NCBI GenBank assembly: GCA_964351655.1
Contig: CAYGPD010000007.1
Span: forward strand, 2,035-66,034
Direction of reading: 5' to 3'
DNA length: 64,000 bases
From: an uncultured Hyphomonadaceae bacterium
Lineage (GTDB): Bacteria > Pseudomonadota > Alphaproteobacteria > Caulobacterales > Hyphomonadaceae
Shown here piece after piece: positions 38,930 through 49,717 of the stretch (position 1 is its first letter; the number at the start of each line of letters is the position of its first letter). A program made the translations under genes and the position numbers. The notes beneath the pieces were generated by a model. It was not told the DNA's origin. It was given only the letters and a program-made list of their open reading frames with translations, and did not search any database.

Positions 38930-39025
38930 CCATTTTTTACTGCTAAAAATTTCAAATGTTAACCAATCTTTACCAAGATAATGTAATGTTTGCGCAAAGA
39001 ATCTATATTTTGTTAGTTTGATTAT

Positions 39026-40069
39026 ATGCGGTTATTTATTTCTGGTGGATGCGGGTTTGTTGGCTCATCTCTTGTGCGCCAAGCCGTTTCTTTAGGCATC
39101 AATGTCTTCAACATAGATACTCGCAACTCTCCTCAGGGTGCCCCCCAACTAGAAGAAACAAACACTGCAAACTGTTATTCGCAGCTCATTGGCGACGTGA
39201 CCGATAGCGTTATGCTAAGCGCTTTGCTGCGCGAATTTAAACCCCACGTTTTTGTTCATTGTGCGGGTGGTATCCAAGACAAAAAAGGCATACTCACCGC
39301 TCAAGGCGCAACGGCAACAATAGGTGTTCTAAATGCTGTACAAACTTACGTTTCGAGTTTGTCAGAAAATGATCTAAAAGACTTCCGATTTATCGTTCCC
39401 TTCGACACCAGTGCTTTTGGCTCTTTGAGTATTCACAGAGCAGAATTTTCAGGCATGAATCCCATCAATCCTCAAAGTATTCTTGGTGGACGGGCCTCAC
39501 TCGACTTAGCGCTCATCCAAGGATGGGTAGCAGAAACTCAGGTGCCCACCATTTATACAGGAGCCTCTGCGCTCTATGGTAGCTGGCAGCAAGCTGATGC
39601 CTACATCCCCACCCTCATAGGCGAAGCTCTCACCCAACAGAACATCACCATCCCGCATGCACAAAACACGCTAGACTGGCTACACGTCGATGATTTCAGC
39701 AATGGAATTCTCAAAACATCACTAAAAGGCGAACAGAATAAAACTTATTTGTTTTCAGCACGCTCTGAGCGCCGTAACATTGATATCGCAAATAATATTG
39801 CAACAATATTAGATGGATTAACTCCCGCCCTACAAGGGCAAAGCTATCGCACGCGTCTGCAAGAGGGCAAATCTAATACACCTTTGCGATGTGCCCTAGA
39901 CTCCACCCTAGCAGAAACAAAATTGGGTTGGCACCCAAAACAAAACTTACTAATGGGCCTTCGTGAAAATGTGGCATGGCATTTATCGCATACCCATTCA
40001 AAGTTGATGGCACAAATAAACAAGGCCGCAAATGGAGGTCACTCCACTTCCGGCCTTGCTGCAGAGTAA
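39026..40069 (+). CDS. extended-SDR (NAD-dependent epimerase/dehydratase-like) protein, apparently lacking catalytic YxxxK
   Basis: 347-aa ORF with Rossmann motif ISGGCGFVGS. By eye it aligns to dTDP-glucose 4,6-dehydratase/GalE-like proteins, but the expected SPYxxSK position reads SILGGRA. Confidence 0.72.
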   Translation: MRLFISGGCGFVGSSLVRQAVSLGINVFNIDTRNSPQGAPQLEETNTANCYSQLIGDVTDSVMLSALLREFKPHVFVHCAGGIQDKKGILTAQGATATIGVLNAVQTYVSSLSENDLKDFRFIVPFDTSAFGSLSIHRAEFSGMNPINPQSILGGRASLDLALIQGWVAETQVPTIYTGASALYGSWQQADAYIPTLIGEALTQQNITIPHAQNTLDWLHVDDFSNGILKTSLKGEQNKTYLFSARSERRNIDIANNIATILDGLTPALQGQSYRTRLQEGKSNTPLRCALDSTLAETKLGWHPKQNLLMGLRENVAWHLSHTHSKLMAQINKAANGGHSTSGLAAE

Positions 40070-40094
40070 ATCACTCTACAATATCATTTTTTCC

Positions 40095-41387
40095 TTAAGC
40101 GACGAATGGATCGCGCACGAGAATTACATCTTCACGCTCAGGAGAGGTTGAAAGCAAAGCAACAGGTTTGCCCACCAACTCTTCTAAACGACGTACATAC
40201 TTCACCGCTTCACCAGGAAGCTGAGTCCATGAGCGCGCGCCTTTTGTTGAACCTTTCCAACCCTTTAGCGTCTCATAGATCGGTTCAACTGCAGCTTGGT
40301 CGGTCATACCTGCCGGGAAATAATCAATTACTTCGCCGTTCAACTTATAGCCAACACAAACTTTGATTTCATCAAGACCATCAAGTACATCCAGCTTCGT
40401 CACAGCTAAACCAGTTACCCCTGAAGTCGCACATGCTTGGCGTACCATTACACTATCAAACCAGCCACAGCGGCGCGCACGACCTGTCACAGTGCCAAAC
40501 TCATGACCAACAGTACCAAGACGTTTTCCGATGTCATTATCTTGCTCTGTCGGGAAAGGACCAGAACCAACGCGAGTAGTATAAGCCTTTGCTAAACCAA
40601 GCACATAATTTACAGCATTGGGACCAACTCCTGATCCTGCTGACGCTTGTCCAGCAACGACATTTGAAGATGTCACAAATGGGTATGTTCCATGATCTAC
40701 ATCAAGCATTACACCTTGCGCACCTTCAAACAGTATGCGGCGACCAAGCTTTACACTTTCATCCAAACGCTTCCAGACCGGTTGCGCATATGCTAAAATT
40801 TTATCAGCAATTTCAAGAAGATCTGACTTCAACTTAGCTGCATCTGGCTCCCCTAACCCAAGACCTATACGGAGTGGTCGGTGGTGCGCTAGCAAACGCT
40901 CAAGCTTCAAATCGAGAGCAGCAGGATCTTTAAGGTCTGCAACACGAATAGCGCGGCGTCCTACTTTATCTTCGTACGCAGGACCGATACCTCGCATAGT
41001 TGTTCCAATTTTGGCATCACCAAGCGCACCTTCACGTGCTGCATCAATATCTTTATGCCAAGGAAGTATCAAACAAGCATTATCCGCTAACACAAGGTCA
41101 TCTGGGCCAAGTTCGATACCCTGCTCACCCATTGCCGAAACTTCTGATAAAAGTTGCCACGGATCAACGACAACGCCATTTCCTATCACAGAAAGCTTGC
41201 CACCGCGCACAACACCTGAAGGCAGAAGATTGAGTTTGAAGACTTTTCCATCAATAACGAGCGTATGCCCCGCATTGTGGCCACCTTGGAAGCGAACAAT
41301 CACATCTGCACGGCTGGAAAGCCAATCAACTATCTTACCTTTACCTTCGTCGCCCCATTGAGCTCCGACAACTACCACACCGGACAT
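40095..41387 (-). CDS. purA: adenylosuccinate synthase
   Basis: 430-aa ORF with [19 protein letters not shown] and [12 protein letters not shown] motifs. Confidence 0.97.
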   Translation of the reverse strand: MSGVVVVGAQWGDEGKGKIVDWLSSRADVIVRFQGGHNAGHTLVIDGKVFKLNLLPSGVVRGGKLSVIGNGVVVDPWQLLSEVSAMGEQGIELGPDDLVLADNACLILPWHKDIDAAREGALGDAKIGTTMRGIGPAYEDKVGRRAIRVADLKDPAALDLKLERLLAHHRPLRIGLGLGEPDAAKLKSDLLEIADKILAYAQPVWKRLDESVKLGRRILFEGAQGVMLDVDHGTYPFVTSSNVVAGQASAGSGVGPNAVNYVLGLAKAYTTRVGSGPFPTEQDNDIGKRLGTVGHEFGTVTGRARRCGWFDSVMVRQACATSGVTGLAVTKLDVLDGLDEIKVCVGYKLNGEVIDYFPAGMTDQAAVEPIYETLKGWKGSTKGARSWTQLPGEAVKYVRRLEELVGKPVALLSTSPEREDVILVRDPFVA

Positions 41388-41547
41388 GCGCTACTCCATT
41401 TTAAGTGAAAGCCGCGCGCAAAGGACATGAAACTGTCACGCATGGCAAGGGTAAATGTCCATAGGATAGCTAATTGGACACTTAAGTCGCACAGAAATAA
41501 GCTTCTTGAGAGCGAGAATGTCTTATTCCAAAGAAAAAGCCGCGTAC

Positions 41548-42123
41548 CTAAAAGGTGTATACCACCCTCAACCCAATGTCATCTAACCCTTGATTTCGGC
41601 CATTTCCTAGTATTTGTCCGTGAGATAAATGATCATAAATGAGTTGCAGCGCCCATTTATCATTTATATCTTTAGTAACAGCCAAACTGGTCCGAAAAAG
41701 ATCGCGCGATCCTAGCAATAGGTGATTTGCATCAAAAACAGCGCGCTCTTGTGAAGTTGCACCATTACTTTCTAATTCACCATTATGCAGGCTGTATCCA
41801 AATCCTGGCTGAAAATGCCATCCTTCTAGAAATTCAAAATCCCATTCAAGTCCAGCAGCAATATAGGATGTTGTTCCGGCGGTGTTTATAGAGGTCATGG
41901 CGTATGGGTGCGGCGACCATGTCCCCCCAAATATATCTAATTTAGAAAAACGTACTTCTGCAGATACATTAAACCCATCTTCTTTGTTGGCATTTTTGGG
42001 AGTTAAGACTTTCACATTATGGTCCATGACCCCGAAGCGTACACTATCCACGATTTCAGCCTTAGCAGGGCCACAAAACGTTCCTGCGCCTACCGTAAGC
42101 ATAGCTAGCAGCATCTTAGCCAT
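41548..42123 (-). CDS. acyloxyacyl hydrolase / lipid A 3-O-deacylase (PagL-like) outer-membrane protein
   Basis: Signal peptide MAKMLLAMLTVGAG, beta-barrel-like alternation, and a C-terminal YDHLSHGQILGNGRNQGLDDIGLRVVYTF resembling the PagL family. ATG at 42123 preferred. Confidence 0.7.
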   Translation of the reverse strand: MAKMLLAMLTVGAGTFCGPAKAEIVDSVRFGVMDHNVKVLTPKNANKEDGFNVSAEVRFSKLDIFGGTWSPHPYAMTSINTAGTTSYIAAGLEWDFEFLEGWHFQPGFGYSLHNGELESNGATSQERAVFDANHLLLGSRDLFRTSLAVTKDINDKWALQLIYDHLSHGQILGNGRNQGLDDIGLRVVYTF

Positions 42124-42344
42124 TGATGTTACTTTCTGGCGCTTATTTTTGCACCTTTGATTCTCCAACCCCGCATAAACTGTAACGAAGATATCTACTT
42201 TTTAAAGTGGCGCTATAGTCACAATTATGATTAATGAAATTAGTTTCGTTCACATTTTGTTTTGATTTTTCGAGTGTTTTCATCCAGTAAGAACCATTAT
42301 AAAATCGTCTAATATGACAAATTTGATAAGAAAAGACAGAATTT

Positions 42345-43376
42345 ATGGGCAGAGACGGCGATATCACAGACCCCACACGTCAAGCAGGTGAAACACAAGA
42401 TCGCGCGCTGCGTCCCCTCTCATTTGATGATTTTACAGGGCAGGAAGCCGCAAAAGCGAATTTGAAGGTGTTTGTACAGGCCGCCCGCAATCGCGGAGAC
42501 GCTTTAGACCATGTCTTATTGTTTGGCCCCCCCGGATTAGGAAAAACGACGCTTGCGCAAATTATGTCTCGTGAAATGGGCGTCGGTTTTCGGTCAACAT
42601 CTGGACCTGTCATCGGTAAAGCAGGTGATTTAGCGGCACTTTTGACAAATTTAGAAGAAAACGACGTTCTATTTATCGATGAAATTCACCGCCTTTCACC
42701 TATCGTGGAAGAAATACTTTACCCTGCGATGGAAGATCATACCCTCGATATTATGATAGGCGACGGCCCTTCTGCACGGTCAGTGAAGATCGACCTGCCA
42801 CCCTTCACCTTAGTGGGTGCAACCACCCGTGCTGGCCTTCTGTCTACCCCTCTGCGTGATAGGTTCGGCATCCCTGTTCGGCTAGAGTTTTATACTCCAG
42901 AGGAGCTTGGTGGAATTGTGTTTCGAGCCGGCATCAAAATGGGAGCAAACATCACAGAAGATGGAGCAATTGAAATTGCACGTCGTGCACGGGGTACGCC
43001 ACGTATTGCCATTAGATTGCTTCGTCGTGTTCGCGATTTTGCAGAAGCGGATGGAAACCAAATCAACAGAGCCGCAGCGAGTAAAGGGCTGGCTCGTCTA
43101 GAAGTGGATACTGATGGACTAGATGCCTTAGACCGACGCTATTTAAACGCGCTTGTAAAAACTTATTCTGGTGGCCCTGTTGGAGCAGACACATTAGCCG
43201 CTGCATTATCGGAAGCTCGTGATGCAATTGAAGAGGTCATTGAACCTTATTTAATGCAACAAGGCCTAATTATGCGTACGCCGCGTGGACGCGTGGCAGC
43301 TCCAGATGCTTACAAGCGACTAGGCATGCTTCCTCCACAGAGCAATACACAGCTTGATATATTCAACGAAAAATAA
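42345..43376 (+). CDS. ruvB: Holliday junction branch migration helicase RuvB
   Basis: 343-aa ORF with Walker [10 protein letters not shown] and Walker B FIDEIHRL, plus the RuvB winged-helix tail. Confidence 0.97.
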   Translation: MGRDGDITDPTRQAGETQDRALRPLSFDDFTGQEAAKANLKVFVQAARNRGDALDHVLLFGPPGLGKTTLAQIMSREMGVGFRSTSGPVIGKAGDLAALLTNLEENDVLFIDEIHRLSPIVEEILYPAMEDHTLDIMIGDGPSARSVKIDLPPFTLVGATTRAGLLSTPLRDRFGIPVRLEFYTPEELGGIVFRAGIKMGANITEDGAIEIARRARGTPRIAIRLLRRVRDFAEADGNQINRAAASKGLARLEVDTDGLDALDRRYLNALVKTYSGGPVGADTLAAALSEARDAIEEVIEPYLMQQGLIMRTPRGRVAAPDAYKRLGMLPPQSNTQLDIFNEK

Positions 43377-43527
43377 TCAACCCATGCGTGCAATTTATTT
43401 TACATTTGTTGAGATACCCGATAGTTAATGCCTCTCAAGGATTTCGTTACACGGTGCCTAGCCATCTTGAACATACGGATATTCATCAACACATAATACG
43501 CATGCAACTCTTCAGGGAGATCCCTCA

Positions 43528-43974
43528 ATGCACGATACACCTGAAATCGGACGCATCGCTAATGATGAACACATTCTACCGCTTCGCGTATATTATGAAG
43601 ACACTGATTTTACCGGCGTTGTATATCATGCAAACTATTTGAAATTTTTCGAACGAGGTCGTTCTGATTTTCTAAGATTTGTCGGCATGAGTCATGAGCA
43701 ACTTGCCAAGGCAGAGAGCCCGCTCCCATTTGCCGTTGCAAGGATGGAAATTGACTTTAAACGCCCCGCCAAAATTGATGATGCTTTGTGCGTACATACT
43801 CGTTTTATGGGAGCAAAAGGCGCTCGGCTCATTTTTGATCAAAAAATCTATCGTGATAATACACTTCTTTGTGTAGCTAAGGTCACGATCGTACAAATAA
43901 ATATGGATGGTATTTTAATCCGTCCTACAGAATCACTCCTCAACGCTTGGGGACAATTTCAGTTTGAGAAATAG
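43528..43974 (+). CDS. ybgC: Tol-Pal-associated acyl-CoA thioesterase
   Basis: 148-aa hotdog-fold ORF (RVYYEDTDFTGVVYHANYLKFFERGR) immediately upstream of tolQ. Confidence 0.88.
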   Translation: MHDTPEIGRIANDEHILPLRVYYEDTDFTGVVYHANYLKFFERGRSDFLRFVGMSHEQLAKAESPLPFAVARMEIDFKRPAKIDDALCVHTRFMGAKGARLIFDQKIYRDNTLLCVAKVTIVQINMDGILIRPTESLLNAWGQFQFEK

Positions 43975-44261
43975 CATCTGGAGCAGAAAAATCTGCGACT
44001 TCCAATGACTATTTGATTGAACATTCCACTTAAATCCTAAAATTGATACTCTGAAGTTCATCGCAGGTGCTATAATTTGATACATTTCAAAAAATTCATG
44101 CGTTGACGGACTGCACAAATGCATTTTGCGTGTGTAATTGACAGTTATCTCCTTCATCTCGCCCAATTTGCACTCCATGCAGGCTATGAATAAGGAAATT
44201 AACTTACGGGCTCAGATTGTCTGACGTCCGGTAAGACTGATCAATAAGCACTGAGGTCCTG

Positions 44262-45071
44262 ATGATGTCGCTAGAACTTTTGATTACAAGCGGAAGCGAT
44301 GCACTCGCCGCTTTACCACTCATGCAAGTGGTAACAGATAGTGTGGCTAGTGCTGGCCCTGCAGAGATCGGAGAAGTCGCGTCTGCAGAAGAGTTCTCTT
44401 TTGTATCTTTGATACTCAAAGCTGGACCCGTCGTTAAACTCGTAATGCTTGTTCTTGTTATTATGTCCGTATGGTCATGGATGGTGACCTTCGACAAATG
44501 GACTGGAATGGCCGCGACACGCTCCAAAGGTAAAAAATTTGAAGAAGCTTTTTGGTCCGGCCAGCCTCTCGACGAAATGGACGACCGTGTAGGCGACAAA
44601 CCTTCAGATGCTTTAGCTCGTGTTTATTCCGCGGGCTCTCGTGAATGGCGTGAAGCACGCAGACTTCGTTCACTCAACGATAGCGTTGCAACATCTTTGC
44701 TTCAACGTGCACGCTCTCAAATGGGTGTCGCCGTTAACCGAGAAGCAAGTAAAATGGAAAAAGGCCTTTCGACTCTAGCAATTATCGCATCATCAGCTCC
44801 ATTTATTGGGCTTTTTGGAACTGTCTGGGGGATTATGACAGCCTTCCGTGATATTGGTATGGCGGGTGAAACTAACCTTGCCGTTGTTGCCCCAGGTATG
44901 GCTGAAGCATTGTTTGCAACAGCGCTTGGCCTTCTTGCAGCTATTCCAGCTATGATTTTCTACAACAAGTTTTCTGGTGACGTGAACAAGTTCGTCGAAC
45001 ACATGGATACATTTGCCGAAGAGTTTACAGTTCGTATTTCCCGCCGTCTCGCTGAAAGATTGGATGAATAG
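44262..45071 (+). CDS. tolQ: Tol-Pal system protein TolQ
   Basis: MotA/TolQ/ExbB motifs (APFIGLFGTVWGIM, MAEALFATALGL). N-terminal extension. GAGG SD before 44262. Alternative start at 44322. Confidence 0.92.
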   Translation: MMSLELLITSGSDALAALPLMQVVTDSVASAGPAEIGEVASAEEFSFVSLILKAGPVVKLVMLVLVIMSVWSWMVTFDKWTGMAATRSKGKKFEEAFWSGQPLDEMDDRVGDKPSDALARVYSAGSREWREARRLRSLNDSVATSLLQRARSQMGVAVNREASKMEKGLSTLAIIASSAPFIGLFGTVWGIMTAFRDIGMAGETNLAVVAPGMAEALFATALGLLAAIPAMIFYNKFSGDVNKFVEHMDTFAEEFTVRISRRLAERLDE

Positions 45072-45074
45072 ACA

Positions 45075-45533
45075 ATGGCTATGATGTCCCCCTCTTCAGG
45101 CGGTGGCCGTGGTCGCCGTCGATCGCAAAATGCTGACATTAACGTCACCCCAATGGTGGATGTTATGTTGGTGCTTCTCGTTATTTTTATGGTTACTGCG
45201 CCTATGGTTGTGACAGGTGAACCTGTAAATTTAGCAAAAACAAACTCTAAACCTCTCCCCCCAAGTGAGCAGCAATCCCTTGCGCTTACTGTGAACGAAG
45301 CTGGTCAAATGTTTATCGGAAGCAATACTGAGCCCGTTGAACCCGGACAACTTGGAGCACAACTTATTGCAATCGCCAAAAATGGCTACGAAGACCGCGT
45401 TCTAGTACGCGGAGATAAAGCTGCTGATTATGGTCAGGTGCTATCGGCACTTTCGCTGGTACGCGACGCTGGATTCACAAATGTGGGTCTTGTGACTGAC
45501 TCAACAGGAACCCGTAAGGCCAAAGGAAACTAA
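45075..45533 (+). CDS. tolR: Tol-Pal system protein TolR
   Basis: 152-aa ORF. INVTPMVDVMLVLLVIFMV is the ExbD/TolR signature. Confidence 0.9.
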   Translation: MAMMSPSSGGGRGRRRSQNADINVTPMVDVMLVLLVIFMVTAPMVVTGEPVNLAKTNSKPLPPSEQQSLALTVNEAGQMFIGSNTEPVEPGQLGAQLIAIAKNGYEDRVLVRGDKAADYGQVLSALSLVRDAGFTNVGLVTDSTGTRKAKGN

Positions 45534-45536
45534 GGC

Positions 45537-46421
45537 GTGCGCCCAGGTTTTACCCTCTCTATACTTCTACATGTGCTGATTTTTGGATCAGCCTATGTTG
45601 TGTTTCCTATGGCCAACACAACTATGTCTGAAGAATTAATCATTGTACCGATTGAGCTGGTGACAGTTGCGGATACAACTAATTTAGCTGTCTCAAAACC
45701 TAAAGAGCCAGAAAAAGTTCCTGAACCGGAGCCCGAGCCAGACCCAACACCAGAACCAGACGACCCTATTCCGGAAGATGAAGCTGAAATTTCTGATGAG
45801 CCAGACCCATTTGCGGAAGAAGAAGGCAATACCAAAGCAACACCAGAAGAAGTAGAACCTGTTCCTGAAGAAATAGAACCTGAAGAAGCTGAGCCGGAAA
45901 AAAAGCCAGAACCAAAACCAACACCAAAACCAACTCCCAAGGTGATCCCACCAGAAGAGAAAAAGGAAACAACAAACTCTTTCCTAAATAGCGTGTTGCA
46001 AACAACAGAAGACAAGAAAAAGACCAGAGAACGGGAGTTCAAGTCTGCGCCCGACCTTAAAAAGGTTGAAAACGCAAACGAAAACAAACGCTCCGCTGGT
46101 GATAGAAGTCGTGACACAGCAACTTGGTCTACTTTGCTAAGATCCAAAATAGAAACCAAGTGTTTTCGCGATCCGTCAGACATGGCAAATGCAAAACGCC
46201 TAAAGGTAACTTACAAAATCACCTTTAACAGAGATGGTAACTTAATGCGTGCGCCTCGTCGTGTTCAGCCAACTATCATTCCAGCAGGTGATCAGCAATT
46301 GCGCGTCTTTGATATCAACGCATCGAGAGCTATCGAAAAATGTGCACCATACAGTGACATATTTCCACCAGAACTCTATGACGAATGGAAAGACTTTACT
46401 TTAAATTTCGGATCTGAATGA
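45537..46421 (+). CDS. tolA: TolA-like cell-envelope integrity protein
   Basis: GTG start, one N-terminal TM helix, a long P/E/K-rich spacer and a globular C-terminus. Sits between tolR and tolB. Confidence 0.75.
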   Translation: MRPGFTLSILLHVLIFGSAYVVFPMANTTMSEELIIVPIELVTVADTTNLAVSKPKEPEKVPEPEPEPDPTPEPDDPIPEDEAEISDEPDPFAEEEGNTKATPEEVEPVPEEIEPEEAEPEKKPEPKPTPKPTPKVIPPEEKKETTNSFLNSVLQTTEDKKKTREREFKSAPDLKKVENANENKRSAGDRSRDTATWSTLLRSKIETKCFRDPSDMANAKRLKVTYKITFNRDGNLMRAPRRVQPTIIPAGDQQLRVFDINASRAIEKCAPYSDIFPPELYDEWKDFTLNFGSE

Positions 46422-46522
46422 TCTCGAATCTGCGTAAGACTCTAGAAGACATAATTCCGCCGAGACGTTATGTTGTAAATGTTCGGCTAAATCGAGACTT
46501 TGAAGGATAGGAGATCCTCGCC

Positions 46523-47887
46523 ATGAAATCAGCTGTCAGCTTTCTTGCTGCGTTTCTATGTAGTTTGCTTTGCCTGCCCGCTTTTGCGCAGGACGGAAAT
46601 GTCGTTAACATCACCAAAGGCACATTCGAACCCATGCCAATGGCGATCCCTGACTTCTCAGGCGATACGCCAGAAGCTGCGACTGTGGGAACTGATATTG
46701 CAGAAGTTATTCGAAATGACCTTGCTGGGTCTGGCCTCTTCCGAATGATCAGTCCTGATGCTTTCGTTGAGAAAAACTTAGATATCGCTGTTCTGCCCAC
46801 TTTCGCCGATTGGAAAGTTATTAGTGCGGATGCCCTTCTTGTCGGAAAAACAATTATTGATCCATCAGGCACAATGGCAACGCAATTTCGTTTATTCGAC
46901 GTCTTTACCGGTAAACAACTATACTCGCAGGAATACACCGTCTCCTCTCCTGATAGTTGGAGACGCATGGCACACATAATTGCTGATGATATCTACGAAC
47001 AACTAACACCTGACGGCGGATATTTTGATAGCCGGATCGTATACATCGCTGAAAGTGGCCCTAAAACCAAACGTATTCGTCGCTTGGCTATTATGGATCA
47101 AGACGGTGCCAATCCACAATACTTAACCGATGGACGTATCGAGGTTCAAACGCCACGTTTTGACCCATCTTCACAAACAATCATCTACACAGCACTCGTA
47201 CCCGACGCACGTAACCCTATTCTCGAGCGTCGCCGTGTATATTTGTTTGACATCGAAACGGGTCGCCAAGAAGTAATTGGTGACTATGGTGTGACATCAT
47301 TCGCTGCCCGCTTTTCACCAGATGGAAGCCACATTGCGATGAGTTTATCTGAAGACGGAAATTCTGATATATATGTGTTAGACCTTGCCCGTCGTCAGCG
47401 AACACGCCTCACAAACAATCTTGCGATTGATACTTCCCCTTCATACTCTCCGGACGGAAAAGAGATCGTATTTACTTCTGACCGTGGTGGCTCTCCGCAA
47501 CTATACATTATGAATGCGGATGGATCTGATAGAAATTGTGAAAATGGACCACGCAACCAAGTTTGCCGCATTACCTTTGGTAAGGGCATATATTCAACGC
47601 CGGTTTGGTCGCCACGTGGAGACTTAATCGCCTTCACAAAACAGACTCAGGGACGGTTCGAAATCGGCGTTATTAAAACAGATGGTAGCGAAGAACGCAC
47701 TTTGACCTCTGATTTCTTGGCAGAAGGTCCCACTTGGTCCCCAAATGGACGAATCATAATTTTCTTTAAGGAAGCACGTGGTGGGCGTCCAGGCCTATGG
47801 AGTATCGATTTGAGTGGTCGCAATCTTGTGCGTGTTCCGACACCTGGAGATGCATCAGACCCTGCTTGGTCGCCAATTTTAAGATAA
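46523..47887 (+). CDS. tolB: Tol-Pal system beta-propeller protein TolB
   Basis: 454-aa ORF with a signal peptide and repeated PxxSPDG(K/S) WD40-like blades. Confidence 0.95.
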   Translation: MKSAVSFLAAFLCSLLCLPAFAQDGNVVNITKGTFEPMPMAIPDFSGDTPEAATVGTDIAEVIRNDLAGSGLFRMISPDAFVEKNLDIAVLPTFADWKVISADALLVGKTIIDPSGTMATQFRLFDVFTGKQLYSQEYTVSSPDSWRRMAHIIADDIYEQLTPDGGYFDSRIVYIAESGPKTKRIRRLAIMDQDGANPQYLTDGRIEVQTPRFDPSSQTIIYTALVPDARNPILERRRVYLFDIETGRQEVIGDYGVTSFAARFSPDGSHIAMSLSEDGNSDIYVLDLARRQRTRLTNNLAIDTSPSYSPDGKEIVFTSDRGGSPQLYIMNADGSDRNCENGPRNQVCRITFGKGIYSTPVWSPRGDLIAFTKQTQGRFEIGVIKTDGSEERTLTSDFLAEGPTWSPNGRIIIFFKEARGGRPGLWSIDLSGRNLVRVPTPGDASDPAWSPILR

Positions 47888-47893
47888 AAAACA

Positions 47894-47919
47894 AAGGCCA
47901 CTCAACCACGAGTGGCCTT
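47894..47919 (+). terminator. terminator-like hairpin after tolB
   Basis: aaggccact/agtggcctt 9-bp stem. The T-tract is weak. Confidence 0.45.
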
Positions 47920-48218
47920 ACGCCTTTGAATTCAGACTGAATTGATCAAACCAATACAAACGCCTATCCATCTCATATCGACTTATGTTACAGCAAATTG
48001 CATTTAATTTTGCCTACCTATAAGACGACATATTAAAAATCATGATAGAATCTGATTGATAGTATTGCCGTTTACAGGTTAGACGCATTATGCTGAACAC
48101 ACGTTCATCGATCGTGCGCTAGTTTCGTATTTTGGTCACATAAAACCGATATGAGATAAATGCAATCCGTTCACGTCCAAGTCGGACGTGAGCGTCCTAA
48201 GGGGAGTCTTAAAGACCA

Positions 48219-48761
48219 ATGAGTTACAAAGTAAGCTTCGCTGCTCTGACGTTCACAGTAGCGGCTCTCGCATCCGGTTGTGCTTCTACTGTAGAAGAGC
48301 CGACTCCGGTTCCAACACCAGCACCTGTAGCAGCACCTGCTCCAGCACCGACACCTACTCCGGTGCCTGTAGCTCCAAAAGGTCCGCTTGCCGGTTCTTT
48401 GGAAGATTTCAACGTTAACGTTGGCTCCAAAGTGTACTTTGATGTAGACCAATACAACCTTGATGACGCTGACCGCCAAATTTTGGCTCGTCAAGCTTCA
48501 TGGTTGAGCAAATACCCAGCCGTGACTGTTCTTATCGCAGGTAACTGTGACGAGCGCGGAACACGCGAATACAACATCGCTCTTGGTGAGCGCCGTGCAG
48601 CAGCAGCAAAAGACTACCTTGTTGGTCTTGGAATTTCTGCCTCACGTATCGAAACTGTTTCTTACGGTAAAGAGCGCCCAGCAGACCCACGTTCTACAAC
48701 GGATGCTTGGTCAATCAACCGTAATGCCTTCACGCAACTTGTTACTGGCGTAAACGGCTAA
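48219..48761 (+). CDS. pal: peptidoglycan-associated lipoprotein Pal
   Basis: Lipobox LASGC, a Pro/Ala/Thr linker, and an OmpA-like domain (NCDERGTREYNIALGERRA). Confidence 0.93.
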   Translation: MSYKVSFAALTFTVAALASGCASTVEEPTPVPTPAPVAAPAPAPTPTPVPVAPKGPLAGSLEDFNVNVGSKVYFDVDQYNLDDADRQILARQASWLSKYPAVTVLIAGNCDERGTREYNIALGERRAAAAKDYLVGLGISASRIETVSYGKERPADPRSTTDAWSINRNAFTQLVTGVNG

Positions 48762-48829
48762 ACATTACAGCTGCAGTTTGCCTCCACGTCGCCTTATTTT
48801 CGGCGTGGAGGCCTGCTAGCACTTGATAT

Positions 48830-49693
48830 ATGAGCATTATGCGTACTCTTCGTTATTCAACCGCCACAGTGCTTTCGCCTGTGGTTGTTTTGTTAGCTAC
48901 CCTTACCATGCCTGCACAGGCTCAAGTAAGTGTCGACCCTATGGCTGCACGGCTTCAAAGCCGAATGGATGCGATTGAAGAAAATATACAACGTGCAACA
49001 GGACGAGTTGAAGAATCCGGTTTTCAGGTCAATCAATTGCGTCGACGAATTGAAGTTCAAGCTAGTGAAATAGCGGACCTCAAACAACAATTATCTACTC
49101 AAAATGATCGCCTAAAGAAGCTTGAAAGCATCATCAATGCACCTCTTGATGCAGCTTCAAATGCAGCAGATGGCCCAGCTGAAACAACTATACCGCTAGT
49201 TGGCGCAACAGATTCAACGACAAAAGCATCACTCGCTGCCGCACGGACGGACGACGAGGCGATTGCATCGAAATCAGCTGAGGCAGCTACTCCTGATCTA
49301 CCATCAGATCCTAGTACATTGTTTCGTCAGGCAAAAAATCTTCTCCTTAAAGGTGACTATCCAGCTGCTGAGACTGCGTTCTCTCACCTTGTAGAAACTC
49401 ACCCAGAAGCGCCTGAAGCTGCTGAAGCCCAATATTGGCTAGGTGAGTCTTTACTCATTCAAGAAGCATTTCCCGAAGCGGCAGAAGCATATGTAACTTT
49501 GATACGCTCCTATCCCGACTCTCCCAAAGCGCCAGACGGTCTTGTCAAACTAGCACGGTCATTGCGCATGATGGGTGATACTGCACAAGCATGTGGCGCG
49601 CTATCGGAGCTTGCGAATTTATACCCGCAAACTAACCCGATGACCCGCAGTTTGGCCAAAACAGAACGTGATCGCGCGGGCTGTTCCGAGTAA
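48830..49693 (+). CDS. cpoB: cell division coordinator CpoB (YbgF)
   Basis: Signal peptide, coiled coil (LRRRIEVQASEIADLKQQL) and C-terminal TPR repeats (YWLGESL...). Follows pal. Confidence 0.88.
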   Translation: MSIMRTLRYSTATVLSPVVVLLATLTMPAQAQVSVDPMAARLQSRMDAIEENIQRATGRVEESGFQVNQLRRRIEVQASEIADLKQQLSTQNDRLKKLESIINAPLDAASNAADGPAETTIPLVGATDSTTKASLAAARTDDEAIASKSAEAATPDLPSDPSTLFRQAKNLLLKGDYPAAETAFSHLVETHPEAPEAAEAQYWLGESLLIQEAFPEAAEAYVTLIRSYPDSPKAPDGLVKLARSLRMMGDTAQACGALSELANLYPQTNPMTRSLAKTERDRAGCSE

Positions 49694-49717
49694 TTCTATC
49701 TGTTTATTGAGGACGGA

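Noticed and set aside
40735-41361. 208-aa plus-strand ORF
   Set aside because: It is antisense to purA, which is unambiguous.
44204-44599. 131-aa minus-strand ORF overlapping the tolQ 5' end
   Set aside because: It is antisense to tolQ and its leader, with a Ser/Thr-rich low-complexity translation.
45593-46183. 196-aa minus-strand ORF, and apparent nucleotide repeats (ccagaacc / gagcc units) at about 45720-45960
   Set aside because: It is the shadow of the P/E/K-rich TolA spacer. The repeats are codon-level low complexity of that linker, not a tandem-repeat element or CRISPR array.
46468-46977. 169-aa minus-strand ORF
   Set aside because: It is antisense to the tolB 5' region, and tolB is well supported.
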